Positions 1-42,500 of a DNA stretch of 64,000 nt are shown here, piece by piece. The position numbers and the translations under genes are program-made. Position 1 is the stretch's first letter. Each line of letters starts with the position of its first letter. The DNA comes from Hemiscyllium ocellatum (lineage: Eukaryota), in NCBI RefSeq assembly GCF_020745735.1, contig NC_083403.1, forward strand, positions 127,056,526 through 127,120,525, written 5' to 3'. The notes under the pieces were generated by a model. The model had not been told where the DNA came from, did no database searches, and saw nothing but the letters and a program-made list of their open reading frames with translations.

Positions 1-226
1 TTAGGATATCTGGTTGGCATGGATGAGTTGGATCAAAGGGGGATGTTTTCATGCTGTACGACTCTATGACCTTATCAAAAGCCTTATGTCCAATAGTTTC
101 CGCTCATCAATTCTACTAGTTACATCTTCAAAAAATTTCAGATTTGTCAAGCATGTTTTCCCTTTTGAAAATCTAAACTGACTGTCCATTCCTGTCACTG
201 TTTTCCAAGGTGCTTTGCCATTAAAT

Positions 227-505
227 GGCGGCACGGTGGTACAGTAGTTAGCACTGCTGCCTCACAGCGCCAGAGACCCGGGTTCAATTCCCGTCTCAGG
301 TGACTAACTGTGTGGAGTTTGCACATTCTCCCCGTGTCTGCGTGAGCACCCTCCGGGTGCTCCAGTTTCCTCCCACAGTCCCAAAGATGTGCAGGTCAGG
401 TGAATTGGCCATGCTAAATTGCCCATAGTGTTAGATATATGGGTGGGTTGCGGGTCAGTGTGGATTTGTTGGGCCGAAGGGCCTGTTTCCACATTAAGTA
501 ATCTA
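227..505 (+). mobile_element. HE1-type V-SINE (tRNA-derived)
   Basis: A/B box head (GGTTCAATTCC), V-domain TGTGTGGAGTTTGCAC, GGGCCGAAGGGCCTG tail, TAATC end. Confidence 0.88.
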
Positions 506-1522
506 AAAAAAATCTAAATATTTTCAATTGGACTGGAATATTTTCCTAACCATCAACATTGGGCTAACTTGTCGATAATTCCATTTTCCCTCCATCTCCC
601 TTTTTGTTTTAAAAATAGTGGGGTTACATTAGCTACTCTTCTTTACAGTACCAATAAATACTCTTAAAAGAAATCCATGGCAGTTTTCCCTAATTAATCA
701 ACATTTGTCAAGCAAGTGCTAATTGTGCCCTGGGTTACTGTTCCTAAAAGGGTGGCATAGTAGCTCAATGGCTGGCACTGCTATGTCACAGCACCAGGGA
801 CCCTGGATTGACTCCAGACCAAAAATGTGCAAATTAGGTGCACTGGCTATGCCAAACTGTCAAGGGATGTGCAGGAAGGTGTATTAACCATTATAAATGC
901 AGGGTTTGGGTCATGGGTGGGTGTGGATGGGATGGGATGCTCATTCGATGGCAGAATGGACTTTCTACGTTGAATTCTATGAAGAAGGTTGACACCACTG
1001 AAGTTAAACCAACTAGTTTGTAATTGCGAGGTATATTGTACAGTATGGATGGAGAGGTACAATTCTTCAGTCCTCTGGCAACACCCTGGTATCTAAGGAG
1101 ACTCCATTCTCACTTCCTTCAGTATCCTGGGGTGTACCTGACCTGATCCTGATGAATCCAGTCTATCATCACCTTTACATTACAAAAGTGAATGGCCTGC
1201 ATTAAAGGATGAAGTAGAGCCCAGAGTTTAAATGTAAAACACAGATTCGCACACACGCCCAAAGACATCAGTCTGGGAAAAAATACATCTATTATAACAC
1301 GTACAGAAGATAAAACTATATAATTTTTTTAAAAATTGAAATATAAAACCCATTACCTGACAAATTGCCGGGTTTCTTACTGAAATAAGACGTTTCTCTC
1401 ACTGCACAATATGTGACTCTTTGTGATGAATTCCTCCTCAACTCTCCGGTGTCCCACTTTATTGTGTCCCCCCGGCCGCTGGGTGGAGGCGGTTTCCAGC
1501 CGGAGGGTTTTGGTGGGGGGGA

Positions 1523-1550
1523 CCGGAAGTGTTCCCGTGCCGAGGCCGGC

Positions 1551-1560
<10 letters not shown>
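1523..1560 (+). promoter_or_regulatory. CPSF3 CpG-island promoter/5'UTR: ETS/GABPA motif CCGGAAGTG and YY1-like ATGGCGGC overlapping the start codon
   Basis: Motifs read directly; typical of TATA-less housekeeping promoters. Confidence 0.6.
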
Positions 1561-31653
<30,093 letters not shown>

Positions 31654-32270
31654 AATTATGAAAAACAGTAATAAATGTGAACAGTAGTCCATTTGTATTA
31701 TTTTCAGATTGTAGGATGTAGTGTTTTAATGACATCCTTTTTTGTTCTGTTAAACATGTAAGTAAATGCTACAAATGATCTTGTCTAGTTATTTTATTCA
31801 TTCATGGCATGTGTGCCTCACTAGCAAGGCCAGTATTCATCTCCTCAGTCCTATTCATTCTCAAAGGTGGAACCCTGCAATCTTAGTGATGAAGGAACTA
31901 TTCCAGGATTTTGATGGAACTAATTCATTCATTGTCATTGATATTCAATGTCAGAAAAGTGTATGTTTTGTAGTGGGAAAGTACTAAAAATATGAATTTT
32001 GTGATAACCTTCAAACGTAAGCAAATACTGGAGTATATCTCAAAGTTTAACAGAAAAAAAAACTGTCCTTTATGCTGAAGTTATACACATTCATCATTGG
32101 TAACTCTGCAGTCTTGAATTATTGTTTTCCTGAAAAAGTACACTTTTTGCTGTCTAACTTGAGTGGCAAGATAGTAAATTTAAAAATGTCAGAACCTTCT
32201 CAGCTGAGTACTGTGGTGCCTGTTGAGTGCACAGTAAGATGGGAGCAAAAAATTACTGCAGTTTTATTAA

Positions 32271-32276
32271 AATAAA
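32271..32276 (+). terminator. Candidate CPSF3 polyadenylation signal AATAAA (alternatives at 31670 and about 32444)
   Basis: AATAAA followed by a long T/GT-rich tract. Confidence 0.5.
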
Positions 32277-32849
32277 TATTTTATTTTTTTGTCATGCTAT
32301 GTTTTTCTCATTGAACAAAACATTGTGGTAATAGTGCTTATTGCCATCCATGTTTTATTTCATTAAAATTTCACAACATGCAATAGCAGGAAACCTTATT
32401 TGACCTTAACCTTCAGTTGTTGCATCAACCATTGCAAGTAGAAAATAAAGTAACATGAATTTGTAGAAGAAAACAATGGCCCTTTCTACTTTTCCTTCTC
32501 ACCACCTGGTATAAGTGACATGTTGATTAATCTGAACAATCTATTATTCTGTAGTGGATCCAGATATTGTGCAAGGAAAACACCAATGGTAGAGCCATCT
32601 GTCCACCCTGCAGTTTACTCATGTCACATTTCAAATTAATGTGCTCTTTCTCAAAATTTTTTTAAAAAGTGTAAAACTGTACTTCACAAAGTTACAGTAT
32701 TGCACCAAATATGATCAAAAACAGAACGATGATGTGTCGTGATGCCGTACTGAGCGTCTTAATATAAACACACAGTAAGTTTAGAAACCAGGAGTGGGAT
32801 GAGAAGAACTCCTTGAGAGGCTGTGTCTGAGGGAGGAGTCTGTGCTCAG

Positions 32850-32945
32850 GGGTAGGGGGGGGAACAATCTGGCCCGGCCCTACAGGCGGCGGGGAGCGTG
32901 TTCCGGGGGAAGGAGAGCGGCCGTGCACCAGTTCCGGGGGCAACA
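32850..32945 (+). promoter_or_regulatory. IAH1 GC-rich promoter with two GTTCCGGGG (ETS-like) motifs
   Basis: Small CpG-rich patch immediately before the ATG; motifs at about 32900 and 32931. Confidence 0.5.
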
Positions 32946-33005
32946 ATGTCGGCCAGAGGTATCCTGTGGCCCAAAGTGATCTTATTTGGAGACTCCATCA
33001 CTCAG
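32946..33005 (+). CDS. IAH1: IAH1 exon 1 ([20 protein letters not shown])
   Basis: ACAATGT start in a GC-rich patch; GT donor at 33006. Confidence 0.92.
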
Positions 33006-36000
33006 GTAGTGGAGAGAGGGTGGTCCCTGAGCTGTCGGTGATCAGCCCCACACTTTATTATTATTATTATTGATTTAACTGCCTTTTATTCAGACATTGA
33101 GTAAACATCCCAGTTTCTGGCTGGACCATGGAGGAAGGGTCTGGGCTGGGGCCAGTGGATGTTCTCCCAGGGGGTTGGATGGGCCAAATGGCCTCTGCCT
33201 GTACTGCAGGGATTCTCTGGATTACTGCCTCAGCAGCACATTCAGCCCCTGCTCCTGTATTCTAGCCCTTTCCAAATGAATGCTAACGTTGCATTGGCCT
33301 CCATTAACTCTCACCAACCTGCAGAGAATCCTGAACTAGGAATCCTAAATCCTTTTGTGCATCAGACTTTCAAAGCCTCTGTCCACTCAGAAAAGCTTGT
33401 AAACAGATCAAAACAGGAAAAAAAAAGAGACAGTTCACTTTGTCACATTCATAGGATGGTGTTTGTCACTGTAGCAGGGTGAATTGTCTATAGAGTTCAA
33501 ACAGGGAATACTGAGAAAGATGGGAATCATATCATTTGGGTGGCACAGTGGTTAGCACTGCTGCCTCACAGCGCTAGAGACCCGGGTTCAATTCCTACCT
33601 GAGGTGACTGTGTGGAGTTTGCACGTTCTCCCCGTGTCTGCGTGGGTTTCCTCCGGGTGCTCCGGTTTCCTCCCACAGTCACAAAGATGTGCGGGTCAGG
33701 TGAATTGGCCATGCTAAATTGCCCGTAGTGTTAGGTAAGGAGTAAATGTAGGGGTATGGGCGCGTTGCGCTTCGGCAGGTCGGTGTGGACTTGTTGGGCC
33801 AAAGGGCCTGTTTCCACACTGTAAGTAATCTAATCTAATCATGTTTAAGGGCTTTGGAGAGGACATATGGGTAGGAAATTTGGTTTGTGAAGACCAGAGA
33901 CCACTGAGTGGATGTTTTTCTTTTTAATAATGGGAGACTTAAAGGGGAAAAAAAAGATACAGTACCTGACAAGATATAATTATATCAGCTAACATTGGGC
34001 CGAGATAACTTGGCTGATTGATCAGTAGTTCTTTAGATATAATGTTGAGTGAAAAGGGAACGGAAGTTAGAGAGGATATGATGGAAATAAGAGAGAAAAA
34101 TTAGATTTCAGGCTTAGGGCAGTGGGGAACTTTAGAGGAATTTTGGCTAAAGACGATCATGGAATTAAATGAAGTAATAAATCATCAGAGTTGCTGCTTG
34201 GAGGGACTCAATCCGTACAATTAACGTTGGAGGTGACTGTGGAGGAGACAGAGAAGAGGTTTTTCATATGGTGGTTTGTAGTAAAGAAGCAGACAGGAGA
34301 TCCTGGAATGAAAGGCAGTTTTAGCAGATTAGTGCAGGACTCAGTCATTTGTTAATGTGATCCAAACAGATCTGGTGTTGAATCACTGAAGTAGTTATTT
34401 ACCATATTTATTCAAATCTGTATCCCTTGCTCTTAAGAGAATGGTGATGAAGACCATACCAAGGAAAACAACTAAAGTAATCAGAGTTGTGGTTTCATTG
34501 GAAGCAGTGTCACAGGTTAAGGTGAGACACGTGCCTAAGTGACCCCTTTATTCAAAAGGTTCATTCCACTCTGGGACAAGTGAGCCAGTTTACAGGTTTA
34601 TCATGCTAGATAACATGTTTTATACATTTGCTGAATAAATCCAGAGCACTGAATGGACGTATCACAAGAATCCATAAGATTCTTTCCACTGGAAGTTTTA
34701 GAAAATGTTGAACACCCTAGCTGGGAGCAGGAGTTTCTAAACAGCTGAACATTTTATGGTTTTCTTAGGCAGGAATAGAGTTTGTTACTATAAAGCTATA
34801 AATTAAAGACTCAGTATTACTAATTCCAGAAGATGGCAATTTCAGCAATTATTTGCAATCTAACAATCCACTCCATAGAATGTGGTGTTCTCATTTCACC
34901 ATGGTGGCAGGCTGGAAATCTGACTAAAAGCTATTTATATTACCTGAGTTCACTGCAATATGGACTAGGATTGATGGAGAAAAGTTACATCAAAACCTAC
35001 ATTTCTTGATTGTTTAATTGTGCATTATACTCTTTTGCTTCTTAGCAGTCCTTTGATAGAGGAGGTTGGGGTGCTGCAATTGCAAACAGACTTGTTCGGT
35101 AAGTTAATCAATCTACCGGTGATGTGATGCCTGGAAAATACAGTACTATAGTTCTAGCAAATTGCAACTTCAAGCATTGCTACTTAGAACTCTCTTTTTG
35201 CTCAAAAAGTAGTGTCTTTTTTTCCTTTATTCATTCAAAAAGGCATCACTGACTAGGCCAGCATTCATTACCCATCCGTAACTGCCCATAGGGCACTTAA
35301 GATCAACCACATTGCTGTGGAGTTGGAGTCACATGGAGGCCAGACCAGGTAAGGATACGAGTTTCCTTCCCTGGAGGACATTAGTGAACGAGACGTATTT
35401 TTCTGACAATCGACGATGGATTCATGGTCATCAGATATTTTACAGCTACTTGAGACAGAAGATCAGGCCTCAATTTAAGGTCTTATCTGAAAGTCAGCAG
35501 CCCCCCCCCCTCCCCACCCTCAGTACAACACTGGAACATCCCTGGAGTGGACATGAACTCTCAAGCTCATGAATGAGGCATTGAACCATTAACATCCATG
35601 AAGATGAGCACATTTGTAAAATAAATTGATCACGCTGCAGAAGGAGGTGAACTGAATTGAGTTAACAGCTGGGGCAGAAAGAGGTGATGAGCTGATGGGA
35701 TGTGGGCGCCGATGGCTGCCCATCCCTAGATGCCCTTGACATGTTGGTGGTGAACTGCCGTCTCAAACCGCTGCAGTCCACTTGCTGTGGGTTGACTCTC
35801 AGTGCTATTGGAGAGGGAATTGCAGGATTTTCACTCATTGATAGCAAAGGGAACGTATTCCCAAGTGATAATGTCCCTGGACTAGTAACCCAGAACTCTG
35901 CCCCAGGCTAATGTTCTGGACAAATAGGTTTGAATTCTCCCCTGGCAGATGGTGATAACTTAATAAACAGTCGATTGTTGTAAAATAAAAAAATTGATCA

Positions 36001-36528
36001 CTAATTGCCTTCAGGGAAGGAAATCTGCCATCTGTACCTGGTCTGGCCTACATAGGATTCCGGACCCACAGCAGTGTGGTTGACTCAACTGCCCAATGGG
36101 TGATAAATGCTGGCCACGTCCAAACAACTAATTTAGAAATAAGTTCTTAGAAACACAGGGAAGAGGAAATGTGGAAGTAACAATTAACTTACAATTGAAC
36201 AAAGAAGAAGAAATGGGAAATAGCAATACCAAAGCTGTGATGGATGTGGATATGAGGATATTGAGCTGCGGGGAGTTGAGGTGACACTTGGTCATGGAGG
36301 TTGGATCTTACAATTATTCAGAAGGATCCCAGTGAAGGATAAATGCAAGATCGGAAGTGGATTGTGCCATTATATCAAATTATAGATGATTAAAGATTTG
36401 TTAAAGGTGAGCATTAAAGCAGTCAAACCTCGCAGTAATAGAGAGATGATTATGACAACTGCTTCCAGAAAAATGGAATAGTGTCCGGAATGAATATGCA
36501 AGCAGTGTATTTAATGGTGGATGTATTG

Positions 36529-36564
<36 letters not shown>

Positions 36565-39500
36565 ATAGCACAATTCCTGTTACTACTTTACCACACAAAA
36601 TTGTAATTTATTTTTGTAGGAAGTGTGACGTGCTAAACCGTGGCCTGTCAGGCTATAACACAAGATGGGCCCTAAGCGTTCTGCCAAAGATTATTCCTCA
36701 GCCTGCTAACCAAGAAACAATTGCTGCTGTCACAGTCATGTTTGGAGCAAATGACTCTGCCCTGAAAGGTAGGCATTATACACAGTACCTCAGCTCTCAG
36801 CCTGCTGTATCTCAAGCTTTCAGCAAATGTCAGCTAGAAATATCTGACTTAGCTGAGTAGAAACACAACCAAAGCTGAAATGAACCAGAAGCAAGTTCTT
36901 AAGTTTGATTTCCAGGCTATGCTATTAGTTGATCCCAGCTGGTATGATCATAAGGATTCTTCACTTGATCTCAGTACCTCTGAGATGGAAAGGAGATAAT
37001 TATTTATAGTGTTCCTGTCTATGTGTGTTTCTTAAATAATTATACAATTGAGCTTGACTGTCAGCAACCCACACAACAGTCAGCTATTGGTAGAATATTT
37101 TCTTCAGTGTTTTCTGCTGTTGTTATCCTCACTTAAAGCATCAGATATGGGTCCATTATTTAATTTAATGCCTCAGATCCTCACAGACTGAAATGGTTTC
37201 ATATAGGAAGAAACATGGACATAAAATGGCTGCAGTGATCACCTGACCACAGATGGAGGCAAGCTTCGTGAAATCAATGTGAGATCACAAAACTGTGAGC
37301 CAGTATTAAAATAGAAATTGCTGGGAAAACCCAGTAGATCTGGCAGCACCTGTGGAGAAAAAGCAGAGTTGATGTTTTGGGTCTAATGGATGCCTATTTC
37401 CAGATGAAACGAATCTGCACGTTTTTGTCCGAGCCAGAAATCGCTGTACTTTCAGTGTTGGATCAAAATCCTCAAAGTAACTCCCTACCAGCATTGTGGG
37501 TCAACCTACAGTACATGGACTTAGGTGGTTCAAGAAGGCAGCTCACCACCATTTGAAAGGCAACTAGGAATGGGCAATAAAGTGACACTCAGTCAATGAC
37601 ATTCACAGCCCAGGACTGCAATATTTTAAAGTTCTTCCTGTCTAGACCAGACATTCCTCCATTGTTAAACTTACTACGATGTTTGTGTATGCATTGTTTT
37701 ATTATCTTCTTCTCCAGTAAACAGGTCATAAAATTCCTCTTTCTATCACACAGAAAATGTTTTGTTATTGGCTCTCTAATGTTGACTAGAATTATGTTTT
37801 AAATGTGATGCAGCCCTGTTCTAAAGAAATATCAGAATATCAAAATATTTGTTGCAACAGGTGGCAAAAAACTATTTAACCCTGGGTGAAGTATTTGTTT
37901 GTCACTACCAACCCCAATATTGCTGTCACCTGATCACCAGCTTTACTCATTTTCAGCAGATATTACTGCATGGTGATCACAGGTGGGAATTTTGGATTTT
38001 TTTTCTTCTTTCCATAACCGGAGAGGTTTAATTCCCCTACACTTTGCTGATTATGGAGCAGCTTTCTAGTAGGGTCCTGAAATTGAAACATGCACCATCC
38101 AATCACAGGAAAGAGCCTGTAATAAGGTGAGGGGGTGCTGGCTGTTTTCTTAAAGTATCCATATATTATTGTTAGATTTCTCTACATTAACTCTTAAGCT
38201 TAGGATTAATGCAAAAAAATTTAATAAGTGATAAGTTTAAAGGTTTTTCACTGCTTTGAAAAACAATGCTGAGAAATGCACCTACTTAGCAATAATTGTT
38301 ATCTATACGACTTAAGACTATTTTCTTACATCCTCTATTGATTGGTTGTAAAGGAATTTTGCTCTGAGCATAGGAACAGTGTACCAAAGCAGACTGAGAC
38401 GGGAAAGATAGTAATTGATAAAATCTGTTCCACCAAACTGAAGGCAGTGTAGAAATTACAATAATTTATAAGGTTTTACATTTCTTTACAGAAAAAAAAC
38501 AAATCGACAGGTTTGTTGGAAAAGACTGTACCAAAAACTGTAGAGGTTTCAGAAACGGAGTGCTTGACACTGAAGGGTGGAATAGTGGCATTAATTGCTT
38601 CAAAAGTTTTGAAAGAGCTTCACTGTCTGATTTGCACCCTGCTAGTTTATCTTTTTGTTTTATTGTGAGACTAGATATAAATCCAGTGCAACATATTCCT
38701 CTCACTGAGTATGCTGAAAATCTGAAAGGTATAGTCCAATACCTGAAGTCTATAGGTATTTGTGAAGACAAGGTGATCATGGTGACTCCACCTCCACTGG
38801 ATGAATCAGCTTGGGAAGAGGAGTGCATTGCCAAAGGTAATGTAAACACATTCAAATGCACAAACTGTACGTCATAAATTGAGAATCATTAGAATCTCTA
38901 ATCTGCTGTGATTGCTACTGGATGGAGAAAAGCAGATGAGAAATCAGTCTCCTGGGATGCATTCCCACCTCAAACATCCAAACACCAATTTAGATTATTT
39001 TGAAGTTTGTAGAAAATGACAAAATGTTATTTATTCCCTTTTAAAATGTGTATGTGCTGAATTCTTCAGCAGTCCTGTTGTACTCTATCTGAATGCACGC
39101 AGCATTCACAAGATGGACGATCTTAACTCACAAAGAGACATGGGTATGATCTACATGCCATTACAGAAACATGGCTTCATGGTAACCAGGAGAGGATGTG
39201 CTAATTTAGATCTGGTATTATGCAATGAAAAAAGACTGCACGACAATCGATGTATACCAAAAGCCTTTGGGGATGAGTGAGCATAATATTATAGAATTTT
39301 ACATTATGTTTGAAGGTAGACTAGTTAATTCCGAAGCAAGTGTGTTAAATTTGAATAAATGAAATAATGAAGGTGTTCGCACAATTAGATTAAAAGTCAT
39401 GACCAAGTATAGTCGTGACTAATGGAGTACCACAAAGATCAATATTTGTACCATTTGATTCCCAACTCCACATCATAGATATATACTTGAACAGCTGGGG

Positions 39501-42500
39501 CCCCAACACCTAAGTGGAGATGTGGCATAGTGAGGAAGGGGTAAAGTGGCTTCAGGAGAACTTGGACAGACTTGTTGAATGGGCAAGAACATGGCAGATG
39601 GAATATAATGTGGAAAATGAGAGATTGTCCACTTTGGTGGGAGAAAATTATGTGCAAAGTATTTCCTAATGGTCAGAAGCTGGACAGTGTAGCTGTGCTC
39701 CTCAGATGCTGCCTGAACTGCTGTGCTTTTCCAGCACCACTAATCTAAACTCTGGTTTCCAGCATCTGCAGTCATTGTTTTTACCTAGCTGTACAGAGAA
39801 GCCAGGAGAAAGTGAGGACTGCAGATGCTGGAGATCAGAGCTGAAAATGTGTTGCTGGAAAAGTGCAGCAGGTCAGGCAGCATCCAAGGAGCAGGAGAAT
39901 CGACGTTTCGGACAGGAGTCCTTCTTCAGGAAGTCAAACAACATTCCCTCTACCTTGTGTGGCTGCAAATGCACAGCCGCTCCAATGTTCCATGCAGAGC
40001 AGTCAGCAAGCCAAAGCAAAGAACAATGTTGACTTCTGTTTCTGGACATTGCTAATGTACACAGACCTAAGATGTAATTGTCAATAAGTCACTCGAGGCT
40101 GACAAGCCATTAGAAAGCCTAATAGAATGTTATCCTCTATTACGAGAGGTGTACGGTAATGAAGTCTTACTCTTCATAGGAGTTTGGTTAGACTGTCCCT
40201 GGAGTGTGTGCAGTTTTGGTCTTATCGCAGGAAAGACAGCATCATCGTGCAATGAAGGTTCACCAGACTTGTTCCAGGGAAGGCAGGACTGTCCTGTGAA
40301 GAGAGAGATTGGGAAACTGGGCTTGTATTCCCAGAGTTTCAAAGGAGAGGTGATATCATTGAAACTTAGAAATTACTTACAGGGATAGACAAGCATGATG
40401 TTTCCCCTGGTTAAGGAGTCTCGAACCAGAGTTGAAAATTTAAAATTAAGGGGGATGTCAATTTTTAATTCATGGCATGACAGGCTGGATCAGCATTTAC
40501 TACCCATCCCCAAATACCCAATGGGCATTTGAGAATCAGCCACATTACTGTGCATCTGGAGTCACATGTAGGCCAGACCAAGTAGGAATGGCAGATTTCC
40601 ATCCCCAAAGAATATTAGTGGACTAGTTGTGTTTTCACAACAATTGACAGTAGCTACGTTGTCATCATTAATTAGGTCCACTTTTAATTCAAGATTTTTA
40701 CTGAATTCAAATTTCACCATCTGTCATGGTGGGATTCAAATCTAGCACTAATCCACACACTTAGATCTGAAATGAGGAGGCTTTTTTTTTTAAAATACAG
40801 AAAATTGTGAACCTCTGGAAATCTCTTATCACAAAGGGCTATGGGAAGCTCAGTCTTCCAGTATGTTTAAGGTAGAGGTTGATAAATTTCTGATTACCTG
40901 CAGCATACAAGGTTCTGGGAATGGGAAAGGGAAAGGTACTGAAATCTTCAATGATCAGACTGAATAACCTATTCCTGCTCTGATGTTGACTCTTTAAGGT
41001 GTAATTACAAGTGAATAACTTGTGAATATAATCATTTTGGAAATTATGCAAGAAGGAAACATTTCTGTCCTTTTGATCTCTCGCTCTCGTTCTCTCCCCC
41101 TTTCCCTGCTGATCCTACCACCAGTGACTTTTTAAGATTCTCCTAATAATAAGCATAACCTACGAACTGGTCAACAGCCTTCTTATTGTTAAGCCTAAGT
41201 TCTGGAATTCTCTCCTTGTGACTGTCTCTTTACCTTGTTTAAGGCATTCCTTGAATTTTAACTCTGAGCAAATGTTTTGGTCATTTGCTATGTGTCATTC
41301 ATTATTAAGGTGAAGTGCCTTGGAATGTTTCATTATGTGAAACGCACTGTATAAACATTGGGAAACATCATTGTTAATTCCGCAGTCTCCCATCCTTTGA
41401 GACTAATGTACACTTCACCTACTCTGTTTTTATATACCTATAGAAGCTCTTGCTATTTTATTTGTTAGTAAACACTCATTCTAATTTTTGTTTTGATGAA
41501 TTGTGTTTTTTTTTGGTTTCTATTGCCAGTCTTATGGCAGATCATAAATCATCAGTTTTATATAGCTTTTCTTTCAATTTAATAACATCCTTAACCAGCC
41601 ACTGTTAAGGGACCTAAATACCATTCAAAAATAATTCATTTCCCCTACTTTTCCTTATGAGACATTATTTCTCACTACTGTACCAATTTCATTCTAATAT
41701 CAACAAACCTATTCTACCATTTCAATTTCAAACTATCAAGTAAGGGAAATGTTTTCACTCAGGAGGGTGGTATGTGTATGGAATGAGCTGCCAGAGGAAG
41801 TGGTGGAGGCTGGTACAATTACAGCATTTAAAAGACATCTGAACGGGTATATGAATAGGAAGGGTTTGGTGGGATATGGGCCAGGTGCTGGCAGGTGGGA
41901 CTAGATTGGGTTAGGATATCTGGTCGGCATGGACAGGTTGGACTGTAGGGTCTGTTTCCATGCTGTACATCTCTATGACTCTATAAGTAACTTTGAATAA
42001 ACAATTCCCAGCCTTAGTCACCTTACTACCATGTTTTTGTAATGACTATCATCAAAACCACATTTCTGCTCAAATACTATGTACATTCAGATAAAGAAAT
42101 CTTTCATTCTTTTTCCTGGTGCACTCATATTGCGTGCTCCATCCTTTCCTGTTCCACTTTAGTCATCATTACTCATATTGTTACCTTGCACTATTGCTTT
42201 GTCCTTCCCCTCATTTTCAGGACTCATCTTCAGAAAACAGCAGCTACTACTCTAACCTTACCATCGCTTACAAATACATTCCTTTTAACTCCCTCAGTCG
42301 AAAAGACTCCAGCAGCATGGCATTATGGTCAGTTTTGCTGATCATACCTCCTCTCGTTCTCACAAGTGAAAAGAATATCAAACCTGTTGGAATAGTGACA
42401 GAGCAGAAGCTCCTTCTGTACTACTTTCTGGATATAAATATAAATACCTGACAAAGTTGCCAGTTAACATTCCTTCTTCTCTGATTGCAGTGTCTGAAGC

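Noticed and set aside
227-300. tRNA-like sequences with A/B boxes here and at other SINE heads
   Set aside because: They continue into the V-SINE core and LINE-like tail, so they are SINEs, not tRNA genes
1-1500. Head-to-head ITGB1BP1 expected from human synteny
   Set aside because: No recognisable coding exon in this stretch; a non-coding first exon cannot be identified from sequence alone
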